64,000 bases of DNA from NCBI GenBank assembly GCA_002104945.1, contig MCFH01000060.1:259602-323601 (forward strand), given 5' to 3'. The notes below the pieces were generated by a model. It was not told the DNA's origin. It worked only from the letters and a program-made list of their open reading frames with translations, and did not search any database. This document shows, piece after piece, positions 11,979 to 27,642 of this stretch. Numbering within the stretch: position 1 is the stretch's first letter; every line of letters starts with the position of its first letter. Position numbers and translations under genes: made by a program. The stretch is from Piromyces finnis finn. Its lineage: Eukaryota; Fungi; Neocallimastigomycota.

Positions 11979-14900
11979 TTAAAGTTTTCGTGATTTACTA
12001 CGGGTGATACGTGTACTTATGGCTGGTGAACTAATAAAGAAAAAATAAAGAATATATAAAAAGGTTAAATTAGATTGAAAATATATATATATATCCTAAT
12101 TAATATGAATTTTAGGTCTGTAAAGATGAAATTACCTTAAATTTTCTTTTCTTTTTCTTTTCTTGGTTTTGGTTGTGGATGTTGGTGAAGTTGGTGCAGA
12201 TACTTCTTCAGTAGAAATGTCATCTTCTTTAATTGAAAGATTTTCTGTGGTGGCATCTTCATCTTCATCCATAGCAGAAACAGTTGATGATTTATTTTTA
12301 TTATCAACATCATTATCAGTTTCAGCATTATCGGCATCATCAGTATTTCTTTCCTTTTCTTCTTCTTTAGTATCACTTTCCGTGGTATCTGTTTTATCTT
12401 CTTTTTCATTACTCTTTTCTTCATTTTCGTTATCTTCTTCTTCGTCTTCTTCTTCTTCAACAATTTCTTCTGATTTACTTACAGTTCTTGAACGACGTCC
12501 ACGAGAGCTAACTGAACTTTTTTTACTTGTTTCCATATCATCAACATCTTCATTTACGGATGAAGCTTTAGATTTGGATCTTTTATGACTACCACTTTAT
12601 TATCCGATCATTTGATTAAATAAAAATATTTTAATATTTTAATATTATATTATAGATATATTGTAGATATATAGAGATTTATAAATGTATATTCAATTTA
12701 ATTTTATCTTTTCTTTTTTTATAAAGACTTACGTTCTTTTTCTAGAATGTGCAAGATTCTTTTCTTTTTCATTTTTCTATATAAAATTTAATAAAGAAAA
12801 AAATTTTTTTTTTTAAAATTATTATAATTATTATTTTTTTTTTTTTTTTTAAATTTATTTTATATATAAAATAGTAAATTTTTTTTTTTTCTCGAGTTAC
12901 CTCTTTTTCAATATATTCACTTGGTATATAAAGTTGTGAAACATTCTACAGAATAGATAAAATAAAATTATTAATTTATATATTATTATTTTTTTTATTA
13001 TAAATATATTTTTTTTATTTATATTTTAATAATTCCGCTTTCCTTCTCCTCCACTCTTAGGTGTTTTAATTCTTACCTTTTCTCCTTCATCAGCAGCAAG
13101 TTTTGAATATAAACTTTTTGGGAATTTATCAAAAGTACCTGGGTAGGTTAAAAGAGCCCAATCTGCTGAAACATACTTTTCTCTAATAATATATTGAGCT
13201 AAATCACTAATTAAATAAATTTCCTAAAAAAAAAAAAAAATAGTAGATAAAAAAAGGTAAAAGAGGTGAATATCAAAATAAAAGTATATACATATATATA
13301 TATATCATAGTCATATTTTTCTTACTCTTGAAGTTTTAGAATAAATATCTCTATAAATTTTTATTTGGGCAGCAAGATAAAAGATAAAGGAAATATTTTC
13401 TCTTGAAATAACAATATCTCCATAAAATTCTAAATATCTATATCAATATATAAATATAAATAAGTAAGTAAATAAATATATATATATAAATACTATGGAC
13501 AATATCTAAAAAATGTTGATATATATTATATATAATTTTTAAAATTATAAAAAAAAAAAAAAAAAAATGTTTTTTTGCTTTACTTGGAGAAAATATTTAA
13601 AATTTCAAATTTTTGTTCAAGCGTTATCATATCATTAAAGTAATTATTAATGTCGGAATGGTGTGCAAGAATATGAACAAAATGAAGGAATAAAGTTTCC
13701 ATTAAAGCCACTGTACTTTTATTCTTTTTTAATGATTTAGTTAATCTTATGATTGAATTTTTAATGGTATCTCTAAGATCTTTTTCAGGTTCATGAGCTA
13801 CTAAAAATAATATAGGAAGATAGCGAATGTGGATTTTTCGATTATAAATAAGGAACAATAATTTTTTGGAAAAGCTTTCTCGAATTTCAGCACAGGGATC
13901 TTGAATAATGAGAGTGAGGGATAAATAATCATTCATGGTGATCATGGTTTCAAAAACTGGATGCTTTGCTAAACTTAAAAGACATTGACCTGCTTTTAAT
14001 CTTAAATGATACCTTTGAATGATACTGTATTTACCCATTGTAGGCATTAAAATATATCAATAAATATTAAAAGTTAGTAAATATATTAATAATAAATAAA
14101 AAAATTAGTAGTAATATTATTAAATGTATGTTCATTGCTTATAATCTATAGTCAATAATCTATATTTTATAATTTATAACTTGGTGTGTCTATTTTATTA
14201 TTTTTATATATATTTATATAATTTTTAATTTTTTTTTTTTTTTTTTTACCTAGTATTATTTGTAGGTACAATTTCACCTTCATTAGTAATAAGTCGACGA
14301 CAAAGTTTAATAAAAGGTTGAGCAAGGGTATAAGCTAATTCAGGAGTATCCTTGGCAGCTACAATTCTTTTCAACATAAGTTTAAGACCAGTACATTTTA
14401 TTTTGCATTCATCGTCAACATTAGTATATTCTACCCAATCATCTTGATCTTCATCAAATGTAGAATTCTAAAAATTATTAAAAATAAAAAAAAAGAAAAA
14501 TTTTTTTTTTTTTTTATAATTTATGAATTAAAATAAGTTAGAGAAAATGTTTTTTATAGATGATATATCTTTTTCTACTAACTAATACTTTTAAATGGTG
14601 GCATTATTTTTTTTTATTATATACGTATATATATTTACCTTATTTTTAAGAAGTACATCCTTAATAATAAAAGATACTAATTTTGTACCATTATCATTTT
14701 CTTCAAATAATGCATTTGCATACTTTGCTAAAACACTAAGAGATGTTAATCTAGTGACAATATTTACTGAATCTACAGAAATCTCATCAGAAAGATTCTG
14801 TGATAATAATAATTAATTAAAAAAAAATGGATATATTAATATTAATTAAATAATTATATATTTGTAATTTTTTTTTATATATTAAAATTAATAAACTATC

Positions 14901-17900
14901 ATTTTATTATTCTCATTAATATTTTATTATTTTATTTCTTTTCTTTTTTTTTTTTTTTTTTTTTTTTGAAATACCTTTATTAATTTCTTTAAAATTTCAT
15001 CCTTATTATCTACATAAGTTAATAGGTAGGTAGAGTGCTTAGCTTGTTCTGGAGTTCCATTAACAGATATAGTATAGAGTTGTTGCGTAATATCTCTATT
15101 TAATTGACAATCCATAATATTAATAAAAATAGTTTTAATAATAATTTAATTATTGATAATTTTTTTTTTTAATTTATTTAGGGTAAATAAATAAAAGGGC
15201 ATATTTACTTGTCATCTTTTGGTAATTTATTTGGATTTAATTTTACTATTTGTGCCAAGGCTTCTAAAGTATTTGTTACTATAAAATATATAGAGTGATA
15301 TTGAGATTAAAAATTAAAATGATTCATTACAATAAATCAATTTTATTCAATAATTACCTAAATCATTATCCTTTAGATTTGATAAAAGTTTAATATTATC
15401 TTCATATAGTACAGGCATATTTTCAGTAATATACTATATTATGGATATTATAGAATTAAAAGAAATAGAATTCATGTTAAAAAAAAAAAAAATAATGGGT
15501 ATTGAATAAAGTATAATTTTTATTTTGATAAAAAATTGAGTTTATTTAACATATTTACAGTAATTAATTTTTGAGAAGCTTGTTCTCCAATGTTTGAAAA
15601 ACCTTTTGTCCATTCAGATAGATATAATTTATTTCTCCAGTAAATAAGTGGTTCTTTTATTCTTTTTATAAGAGGTGAAGTGACATCTTTATTAATAATT
15701 AAAAGTGAAACCTTATGAAGTAAAATTTTTAATTCTTCAACCAATGGAGCTAATACAGGCCTTTTTAATATTTCTTTCTATAAAATTATATTAAATTAAA
15801 AATATAATAAATATTTTAATTAAAACATCAACGGCAGCAACAACAATTATTATTATATAAATAAAAGAATAATTTGTAAATTTACATAAGAATTTAATAT
15901 TTTTTCATAGGATAATTTTGGATTGTATGTATTTCGTATTAATTCATAACTTCTACGATCATTAAGATTGATAAATGTACGTATTTTTTCATAGGTTTTC
16001 TTTGGATCTGGGAAATGATCTAAATATAATGATAAAATAATTAGAGCATTAGTAAAAGTGATAGGGAAAATTACAATTTTATATCCTTTCGGTAGTATAT
16101 TTTATGGATATCTATCATTTTATATAATAGAATTCAATATTTTTTTTTTTTTTTTTTTACATACTGGATAAGGATTGATTAATTTGATTTAATTGTTCTT
16201 TTACTGGATCAATTTCCGATATATTATCCATAATACCACCCTATAGTGTTATTAATTGAGTAAAAGGGTTAAACCATTTGTTTATTTATTTATTATAAAG
16301 AAAATATTAGAGTGAATTAATAGGAAAAGAATTTAAATGGTTACATTGTAGGTTTCACATAGCTTTAAAAACTTTTCTATGAAGGTAGACCATCTATATA
16401 TATATTAATATTATAATTAATAATTAAAACTATATAGTAATTTTTTTTTTTTTTTTTTTATTGAAATTATATCATCGAGTATATATAGTAAATGATAATA
16501 AAATATATTTACGTTTTCTGACGATTTAAAAGAGATATAAATCCAAGGTAACCACGTTCATCTAACGATGATACTATATTAATAATTCTATCAACTCTAA
16601 CAGTATTATTTAATTGTTCTGGGATAAGATATTCCATAAGTAATTGTTCTACCATAACTCTGTAATTTATTGCATCCGGTTGAAATTAATAATATTGATT
16701 AATGATATTGAATTTAATATATAAATAATAACATATAGATAATGTATATAATATATATAATATTCCAAAATAAAAAAAAATATTGATAGATTAGTTAACC
16801 ACGGAAAAAATAGTATATATTCTAGTCATTTCACATACAAAATATCTTTATCATCGGTATAAATCAATTTTAAAATAGTATTTGGAATCCATCCGAATTT
16901 TTCAAATAATGAAGTTCCTTCGTCAGTAACTCTATTATTATTATATAAATAATAATTAGATTTTTTTTTTTTATTAAAATGATTTTGAAAATACACTATT
17001 TATTCGTGATGTTACTTTTCTTGGAATATAACGTTATAGTGCATATCATATATTCTACATAAACTTTTTGCTGCTTCTAAACGAACAATATGCTATGGAT
17101 AAACAAAATAAAAAATATAATAATACATATTATACAAATATTGAATAAAAATATTTAAAAGTCATTCTCTTTATATATTTTTCAAAAAAAAAAAAAAAAA
17201 AAATCTAAATAATACATGGGAAAAAATTCCCTACCTTTTTATCTCTACATCTTTCACCAATACAATCTTTAAATAAACTTTCACTAATATACTGTGCTGT
17301 TTTTGGTGTTAATTTACTGATAACTTTCATGGTTTCAACTCTAACTTTTTCATCTGGATCAATTGATCTTTCTTTTATAATATCTACAATTATTTAATTA
17401 TCAATATCATATTATTACAGTATTATATTATTTTAATTATTATTCATTATATATATATATTTATATTTTGATTAAATAATAAAAAATTGCTAAATAATAA
17501 ATATTTAAAAATATCAATTTATTATTTTATACTTACTATTTATATCACTTGCTAATTCTCTATGATTCTCTAATATATCATAAATATAATTTATAACTTT
17601 AATTCTAATGGATGATTTTTTATCCTTTGATCTATTTGCATATTAATATAGTATTATTATTTTTCAATTTTTCAAAAGAGAAAATTTTACATTGATTTTT
17701 TTTTTTGGACAAAAAAATTTTTTGATATTATTAATTTTAAAAATTATGGTGAACTATAATATTAATTTATTAAGAGTCGATTATATTTAATAATATTAAC
17801 CTTTCAAGCCAAGCTTCCCATACTTGTGGATACATTTTCGCTAAAGATGAATTTGTATCACAAAACATTTTACCTAGAATATCTGTTGCAGTTTCTCTAA

Positions 17901-19129
17901 CAACTACATTTTCTAACTATTTTTTTAGTATTTTTTTTTGTAATAAAATCAATATTGAGTTAGAATAAGATTAAACTTTTTATTTTTTTTATATCATAGA
18001 AATCTGTTCACAGAGTAATATGATAATAGGCGAATTGATTTTATTTTTAACCAACTTACAGTAAGTTCTTCTTGTAATTGTGGAATAACACTTAATAAAA
18101 CTTCTGGAGATAAATTAAACATTAATAAAATTAAATTATGGGCTTCAATAAATTCATTGATATTTTCTTTTACTTGAGTTGATAAAATAACAGAATTAAT
18201 ATACTTTTTTTTTTTTTTTTTGTAAATCATATGTTTGGAATTAATAACAAGTACGAGAAACAAAAAGAATGAATTTAGATTAGGTATTTTGAATAAATTA
18301 AAAGTATGGGGGAAACAAGCATATTGAAATTTAGATATCAGTAAAATTTTATTTTTATTATTCAAAAATTAGATTATAGATATTTATTAATTGATTTTAT
18401 GTAATAATAATTACTTGACAAACATAACGCTGTAGCTTTTCTGGTTGATTACAACATAAATTTACAGCCAAAGTTCTCGCAGCAATATTTTCATTCTTTT
18501 TAATATTTAATATAAATTCAATTATGGATTATTATATAAATATTGTATGTTTAGTTCTATTGACCATTTCTGTTTGTTGTAAAAGATAAATTATTTATTT
18601 TTTTATTTATAATCTATATATACCTGTTTATAATTATCTAAAATAATATTTATGCATTCGGTTGGTAAGTGTTCTGCTTCTTCTATAACTTGTTCTAAGA
18701 TGTCTAAAAGGCAAACATGAATATTTTTGGATTGTTCAGGTCTAATATAATTTATTTTATGGTTAGAAAAAAAAAATAAATGGAATTAAATATAATAGTT
18801 ATTTATCAAAAAAAGGCATATAAATGGGTATTTTAATTATTATTTTAATAATTATTGAAAATTTAGAAATTTTAATAGTTACTGAATTGTTTGAAAGATA
18901 GTTTTTGTAAAGTTGTTCACTAAATCATCTGTATCCTTTAATTGTGATATTAAACATAAACATTTCACATTGGCTAAACTTTCTAATAAATAAAAATATT
19001 GTTTGAAATGTGGTCCGTTTAATACAGTAAGATTGCTTAATTGTTTGTAAAAAAATTCAAAAACATCCTATTTTACCCGAAATATTTTATTTTTAATTTA
19101 AAATAGTATAATTTTTATGTAAGTTATTT

Positions 19130-19165
<36 letters not shown>

Positions 19166-19681
19166 CCAGTATTAGACATGTTCTTTATATATATATATAC
19201 GTATTTTAATTATTACCATAATTTCATTTGTGTTAAATGGAGCTTCTGGTGCAAAAATACGAAATATATCCGCAAGACAACAGGCAGTGTAAATTTTAAT
19301 GGCTTTATAACGATTCATCATAAGAGTCGGTGATAAAAGACTATTTTTAACAGATAAAAATTTATCTTTTTCATCACTTCCTTGTTCAATATTACTAAGT
19401 TCATTGTGTAAAGCCTTTTTTTTTAAAAATAAAATTGAATTATGACATGTAAATATTATGAATGGTGAATATTAAATTTAATAGTTATATATATATAATT
19501 ATTATCATTAGCTTCATACATATATTAATATATACAATAATAAATTATTCTAATAAAAAACAGGGTCAATTACTTGTAATTTTTCTAAAATGTCTTTTAC
19601 AGAAGGATTTTTTTCGGAAAGAACTTTTTCCAATTCATTTGTTGTCTTTCTTTTTTTCTGTGTTCTCCGTTTTACTGTCAT
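11979..19681 (-). CDS. PDS5: Sister chromatid cohesion protein Pds5 (multi-exon, >20 exons)
   Basis: Exon 1 (19574-19681, MTVKRR..DILEKLQ) splices GT-AG to ALHNELSNIEQ...CCLADIFRIFAPEAPF, a Pds5 N-terminal signature. Internal exons include LEKLANVKCFML, ILEQVIEEAEHLP and AGQCLLSLA..QDPCAEIRESFSKKL. An acidic/basic tail and the last exon 11979-12030 end ..RSKSRKL*. The track ORFs at 12132, 13580, 14927, 15520 and 17994 are exon fragments. Confidence 0.92.
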
Positions 19682-20933
19682 TTCTGAAAAAAATTGAATT
19701 GTATATGTATATTATATGTAATAAAAATATAGCGTAGTAATATACCGTTAATATAGGATTTATTAATATTTTAAATTTTTAATTTACAATGCTATATTAA
19801 AAATTATAAGATAATAAATTATAGAAGAAAAGAAAGAAAAAAAAAAAAATAAAAATAAATATCATACAACTTTTAAATAAAGATCTATTTTCTTTTTTAT
19901 AACTTTATAGAAATAAAATAAAAATTAAAGGGGTATACTATAAAGTTTCAAATATTTTTTATAATAAATTCTAATTATATGAAGGCAGTCAAGTGAATTT
20001 AATAGATAGTAGTAATTGAATAATAATAATAATAATAATAAAATAAGATATATTTTCTATTATAAAAGCCCTCTTTCACTGAAATCTCTTTTGATTTTCT
20101 ACTTTTTTTTTTTTAAAAAAAAATAAAAATAAAAATGAAATATATATATATATATTTTCATGATATTATTCATTTTATATATCATAAAACTACTTTTTAT
20201 TTTCAATGATTAAACTAGTTGACTTTTTTTTTTTTAATAAAAAATTAAACTAACTTACTCTCTATTTTATTATAATGAATAATTTCAATAAATAAGGGAT
20301 TCTTTTTTGAAATTAAAACTAAAATTTATATAAAAATTAGGTAAAAAAAAAAAAGCTTCGCACTTTTTTCTTTTTGCTATTATTTTATTATATTTTTATA
20401 GTAAAATTTAATTTCATATAATTTTTAAAAAGATTAAATCATTATTTAAAAAAATTATGCTCAATACTTTGGTCTATACTTCATAATATATTATTGAATA
20501 TATTGTTAATATATGATCTAATAGAATTTTTGCAAGTTCAATTGTCCTTTTTCAATTTCAAAAAAAATGACGCCTTGGAAAAATTGATGATATCATTCAC
20601 TTTTTTTTTAAATTTAAAAAACACACCAACAAACAATCAAATAACAACAACAGCAGCATGACCTAATTTCAATTTAAATTAGGCAAAATAAAAAGTGAAA
20701 TTTAATAAATTGTCACTTTTTAAACATTTAATTATTTTTTTATAAATAATTTTATTTATTCTTTTTTTTTTATTCTTTTTTATATTATTTTCTATTTGAT
20801 ATATATGCTGTTGAAAATTATATATAAATAAAATTTATATATAATTCATTTTTTAAAGATTAATATAATTTATCATTATTTTTTTTTAATACAAGGTTTG
20901 GAATTGAGAAACGTAAAAAAAGGGTTAAATAAT

Positions 20934-22019
20934 TTATTCTTTCTTTTCTTCCTTCTTTTCTTCTTCCTTCTTTTCTTCCTTTTCTAATTCAGTGTTCATT
21001 TTTTGAGCTTCTTCAAATTGAGCCTTGAACTTGTTGGCGTTTTCACTGTTAGCGAAACGAATAGCTAAAGTTTCTTGCTTAGCTTCTTCTTCAGCGAAAT
21101 CAGCAACAACACTCCAAACCCAGGAACGGTCAGAACCAACATTAGCGTTAAGCTTCATGTCAGCAGTAATGTAGTGGTTACAGCAGAGCTTTAAGGTCTT
21201 ATCACGTCTCATGATTAAACGAACCTTACCACTTTCCTTGTGCTTAAGGAACTTAACATCACCAGTACCACGTTCCTTCCATTCGTTAGTGTTCTTTTCG
21301 AATCTGAATAACTTGGCACGCCTTATTACGTGATATTCAATTGATTTATTAATTATTTATTATATATTGATGTTACAATCCATTTATAATTAATTTATTT
21401 ATATATATACAATAATAGATAAATATAGAAAAAAAATTTATTATATAATGATTAATTAAAAAAAGGTCAACATAAATTTCTATTTATTGTTTATTTCTAA
21501 TCAATTTTTAAATTTTATTTGTTATAAAATTAATTACATTTTGAAGAGAACTTCTTCTTCTTCTTCTAAGGTCTTGATTTCCTTTAATTGTTCAAGCTTG
21601 CAAACTGGTTCAAAGTGAACATCTGGGGAAGCAACAACTTCTTCGGTATTCTATTGGTTATATAAATAATTTAGATTTTTTTAAAAAAAAAAATTGATTA
21701 AAATAGAATTTTTAATATTTTAATTTCATTATAAATAAATTTTTCAATTATTTTTTATTCTCTATATTACATATGAATATATAATAGAGTTATTTAAAAT
21801 AACAACTTTTTATTATTGCTATCAATTGAAGAAATAATAACAAATAGATTGGATAATTTTTTTCTTTTTAATTTTTTGAAATGAACAATTCTAATTTCAT
21901 TTTTTAAAGTCATCCTTTTTTACTTTTTACTTTCTATTCTTTGATTCTATGTGAACACACAAAGTTTTTTTTTTTTTTTTACGTTCTTATGTTTTATTTA
22001 CCTTAGTAGCGTCAGTCAT
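20934..22019 (-). CDS. YRB1: Ran-binding protein 1 (RanBP1/Yrb1), 172 aa; exons 22002-22019, 21538-21650, 20934-21321
   Basis: Spliced product [104 protein letters not shown]. All introns are GT-AG and the frame is consistent. Confidence 0.96.
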
Positions 22020-22565
22020 TTTCAATCAATAATAATCTTTAAAAAAAATTTTTATTGCAGTAAGTAAAAAAAAAAAAAAAAAAATTTTTTTGAATTTTTT
22101 TTTTATATATATATTTACAAAAAAAATTATTTTTTTTATACAAATAATTATTCAAATATATTCTAATATATTAAATCAATATAATAATTTTAATATAATT
22201 CATTAAAGTATTTTTTTTACAATATCCTATTATTCATATATTATTAATTAATATAATAATATAATTTAATAAATTAAAAGAAATTGAAAGAAAATTAATA
22301 GCCAATCATTTAATCCATATTAAATAAAGAAAAATGTAGTTAAAGATTTATAATTTTTTGCCTAAATTTAGGCTAACTTATTTTGCATTGTAGTAGTAAA
22401 AGTCATACTATGAAATACGTAGTGTAATATACGTAATGTACGTAATTAATAGTTATAAAAAAACTATTTTTTAAACTTTTATAGGTAAATGTGGATGATT
22501 CACTTTGATATTAATTATTAGAATAACTTTTGATTTACTATTAAATGCTTCATACTCTTAATTAT

Positions 22566-22856
<291 letters not shown>

Positions 22857-25615
22857 TTAATTCTTATTTCCATAGCAATTGAATTGATATTGTTGCCTTT
22901 CTAGTTAAATATACTTTAAATTATCATGGAAATATGGGATAAAATAGTTATTATGCTCATTTTGTTAATACTTATTGTTATAATATTATAGAAAATAATA
23001 CTATTAAAAGTGAGGTAATTACTATTATTGTTTTAAACTGAGTCTCTACTTTTAATATTAAGAAAATAGGAAATTAATACAAAAAAAGGGACCATTTAAT
23101 TATTATGATTTTATTAAATAATATATATTTATAGACTTATATCTATTGGTTTTGTTTTCTAGTTAATATTAAGTATATATTAGAATATTAATACTTGTTA
23201 TATATTAATAAAATCTTTAAATATAATATTATTTATATATTTAAATTCTTTAGGTTTTCAAAATGTGTTATCCATAATATGAAATGAAAACTCTGTATAC
23301 AAAAATATATAGCAAAAAAAAAAATATTCCTTTTTTTTCTTTTAATAATACTATATAAAAACTTTTATAACTCCTAAATGATTAATATTTAGTTTTTGCT
23401 CATTAATTTTATTAATGGCATGATAATAATAAAAATAGAAAATATAAAATTTACTTTTTAAATAGATAGAAAGAACTGAATAAATAATTATTACTTGGAT
23501 TATAGTTTTAATTATAAATATTAAAAACTTGTTTTAAATGGAATAATAAACCAAAATAGTTTTTATTGTTGTATATGCAATCATGAATTAATTATTATTT
23601 ATTTTACTTATAAAACTATTTTATTAAAATTTTTTTTCAAGTTATTTGTTATTAAAAAATATTTCACCATGATATATATATATATATTGAAATAACCAAT
23701 GCCGAATGTATGTTTAACATCAATGAGTTAATAAGCAGTTTTAAATTAAATTTGTTAATTATTTTATATTATTCTTTATTTGTCAAAAAAAAAAAAAAAA
23801 AAAAGTATTTAAAAGTCTTTTTTTTTTTAATATTAAAATTAATCAGAATAATTAATATTATTAATAAAAATACATTTTACTATTTTTCAATATTTATTAA
23901 AAGTTAAAATATATTATTTATACAAATTTTATTATTAATTGATTATAAATATCATATAGAAATAGAGAAATAGATATACTTGCATAAAAGAAAAAAAAGA
24001 AAAGAATGAAAACCTTTATTATTAAAACTTTTTTTTTTTTAAATATTTTAATTTGTGTAACAAAAAGATTTAAAGTTTTTTAAAAGAAATTCTTTCAATC
24101 TTCTTCTTGTTAATAATAAAAATGCTTTTTTTTTTTTTTTTTTTAGAATGTGGATTGTGTGTATATTGGAGTTTTTTCTTTTTTTTTTATTCTTATTTGT
24201 AAAATAATCACTTTGTTTTTATTAAATGATATACTATACCATTTTTTTTTATTTATTTTAATTAGTATTATAAAAATAATAAACTAATAAACTATTTATA
24301 ATAATAATCATCAAATTGTTCTTTTTTTTTTTTTTGCACATTACATATTCATAATTTATTTTTTTATGTAATTTTATGTATACAAATTTGTCAAAATACA
24401 TATAAATATTTGTTTTTGGATTATTAGTATTATGTTGATTTTGATATTAATAAAGAGCTATGAATGTTTAAACTTTATAATCTACAATGCTTTTATTGAT
24501 TTTATATTACCTTTATAATATATAAACCTTTTTTTTTAAGAGTATATTATATTATATTATATATTTATACATTTTTTTTTTTTTGCTTTAATGATAGTTC
24601 ATTAAAAATGTTTATTTTTTTTTATAAATTAATAGAATTATCCTAAAAGTTTCTGAAAATATTTATTTCTCATCTTCTTTTTTTTTTTTTTTACTATTAC
24701 GTAAGAGTTAATGTAATGATGATGATAGCTTTTGACTATTTTCCAATGAATATATTTAATTGGAGAGGAATTCCATTTTAAAGAAATCTTATCATTTATG
24801 TGTTTACATATTAAATGCATTAAATGTATGGTTCACCTTTTTTTACTAGAAAATAAATGAATATATAAATAAACAAACAAATAAATAAATATAAATAAAT
24901 GAATGAATGAATATATAAATAAATTTTATTATATCTTGGCAACCAATTAAAATACGGAATAATTAAATGTGGAACTGAAAATATTAAGATTGATGAGATA
25001 TTACAATTAGTAAATAGTAATTTTTCTTTCTTTTTTCAACTTTGTCTAGGTAAAAAATGACCTTTTGAATATCATTGATAATCATTCTTTTTTTTTTTTC
25101 TTTCTTATTTTATTTTTGGTTTAAAAAAAAAAAAAAGAAAAAAATTAATTATTTTTTATCAATTTAATCAATTTTTTATTTTTTTATTTGGTTGGCGGAT
25201 CTCTAGTTAAATTAAAAATTTATGTAGAATAATTTTTTTTTTTTCTTTATTTATCTATTCTTTTCAACGTCAATAGTGTTAAGATAAAAAAAAGGTAAAA
25301 ATTTTGTTAATACCTACGCAAATTGATATTATTATTTTTTTTTAAAAAAAAGCAATACCTAACAAAGTAATAGTAATAAATAAACGGTGATAAGTAATAT
25401 TTTATTTTAAAAGCTATAATTTATAATAATTATATTCAATTGCAATTTTAGATTACTTTTTTCAAGTCAACCTTCATTTCAATTATAATTTTTAAATATT
25501 TAAACTTTTATAAAAAGTTTTAAATAAATACTTATATCTACTAGTAAATTTTAAATAATTTCATTTTTCAAATTGGAAAAAAAATATTTTAAATTTAAAA
25601 AAAAATATAAAAAAT

Positions 25616-27642
25616 ATGAAAATTTTTGAAATAGCTTTTATTTTCTTGGCAGTAGTTTCTTCTGTTACTTCTAAAAAATGTGGTAAAGATATTGGTAAAT
25701 GTTCTAATGGTCAATGTTGTAGTAAAAAGGGTTATTGCGGCTCAACTTCTGCTTATTGTGGTATTGGATGTCAATCCGAATTTGGTAGATGTGACAGTGG
25801 TAAGGTAATATCAACTGATACTAAATGTGGTAAAATGGGTAGTGTTAATTACATATGCCCAAATAGCCAATGTTGTAGTCAAAAAGGATATTGTGGTACT
25901 ACTTCTGCTTATTGTGGTGTTGGATGTCAATCTGAATTTGGTAGATGTGACAGTGGTAAGGTAGTATCAACTGATACTAAATGTGGTAGAAAGGGTAGTG
26001 TTGATTACATATGCCCAAATAGTCAATGTTGTAGTCAAAAAGGATATTGTGGTACTACTTCTGCTTATTGTGGTGTTGGATGTCAATCTGAATTTGGTAG
26101 ATGTGACAGTGGTAAGGCAATATCAACTGATACTAAATGTGGTAGAAAGGGTAGTGTTGATTACATATGCCCAAATAGCCAATGTTGTAGTCAAAAAGGA
26201 TATTGTGGTACTACTTCTGCTTATTGTGGTGTTGGATGTCAATCTGAATTTGGTAAATGTAATAGTGTTAAGGTTACATCAACTGATTACACCTGTGGTA
26301 GAAAGAATAACGTTGACTATATTTGCCCAAACAGTCAATGTTGTAGTAAATATGGTTATTGTGGCACCACTTCTGACTATTGTGGTACTGGATGTCAATC
26401 TGGATTCGGTAAATGTGAAGAACCTTCATCTTCTTCAACCTCGTTTAAATTAGCTATTATTGGTGATAGGTAATATCTTTATTGCCCTTATAACTATTAT
26501 TATATATACATTAATAAATAATATTATTGTATTAACCAATTTTTAAATGTATTGTTTTATTAAAAAAAATTAATTAATAATCAAAAAATAATGAATAGTG
26601 GTGTTACAAAGGAAGCAAAAGAAGTCATGGGACTTGCCAGTTTCAACGCTTTATTATATCTTGGAGACTATGATTATGAATGTAATCCAAATAACTATTT
26701 TACTGACATTTTAGATGTTAACCGTAAATATCAATTTATGGGTGTATTAGGTAATCATGAAGGTGCTAATGAATGTGGTGAAGAAGTAGCTAAACAATTT
26801 AAGGCAAATGTAATTAATGAAATGACCAGTAGCAAGAATAGTAATGTTAAATGTGAATTCTCTTCAACAAAATATATGTGGTCTTGTAAATACAATAATA
26901 TGGTTTGTTTTTATTAATAAATAAATTACAAATGTTTAATATATTCAATATACACTATAATCTAATCTTAAAATATTTCTTGTATACTTCTAATTCTTTT
27001 TATATATTCTAACTCTTTTCTTTTATACACCTTTTTTTTCTTTAGAGAGTTATTGGTTTAAACCCTGGAATTGAAAATGCTGATAGTAGAAAGGATCAAC
27101 TTGCCTTTTTAAAGAAACATTTAGGTGAATCTAAAGAAGATTGGAAAATTTGTTCATGGCATTTTTATGATATGGGTTATCATACTGGTAAATATAGTGA
27201 TGAAGAAAATGGAAATATTGTTTCAAGAGATGGTGAAAGTTTTTATGATTATTGTAGAGAACAAGGTGCTATTATCTTTAGTGCTCATGATCATGTTTAT
27301 GCTAGAACTCATGTTATGTCCAATTTCAAAAGTAGAATTATTGATGAAAAGGATAAAAATTCTGATGGTAAAAATGTTGAAATTCGTAAAGGAGCTACTA
27401 TCAATATTTTAAATGGCGTTGGTGGTTGGGAAGTCTATGATGAACAAGGTGAACAAGCTAAATACCCACATTGGCAAAAGAAATATGCTAGAGGTACAAG
27501 TGCTGAAAATGCTAAAAAGTATGGAGGTGTATTTTGTGATTTCAATTACGGTGGTAATTCAAAGAAAGCTTATTGTCAAATGTTAAGAATCAATTCAGAA
27601 TCTAAAGTTTTTGATTCTTTTTACATTAATAGAAATGATTAA
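25616..27642 (+). CDS. Secreted 5x CBM18 (hevein-like chitin-binding) + calcineurin-like metallophosphoesterase; exons 25616-26469, 26599-26902, 27046-27642
   Basis: Signal peptide and five CG...CCS..GYCG.T..YCG.GCQS.FG.C repeats at 52-aa (156-bp) period. Splicing gives IGDSG, LYLGDYDY, GNHE, CSWH and SAHDHVYART, the metallophosphoesterase metal-ligand motifs. GT-AG junctions keep the frame. Confidence 0.88.

Noticed and set aside
16080-16120. Possible extra micro-exon in PDS5
   Set aside because: The flanking exons join in phase (LS-N-HFPDPKK) without it.
12132-18365. Separate genes for track ORFs 12132, 13580, 14927, 15520, 17994 (and 26591, 27172)
   Set aside because: They are exons of PDS5 (or of the CBM18-phosphoesterase gene) joined by GT-AG introns.
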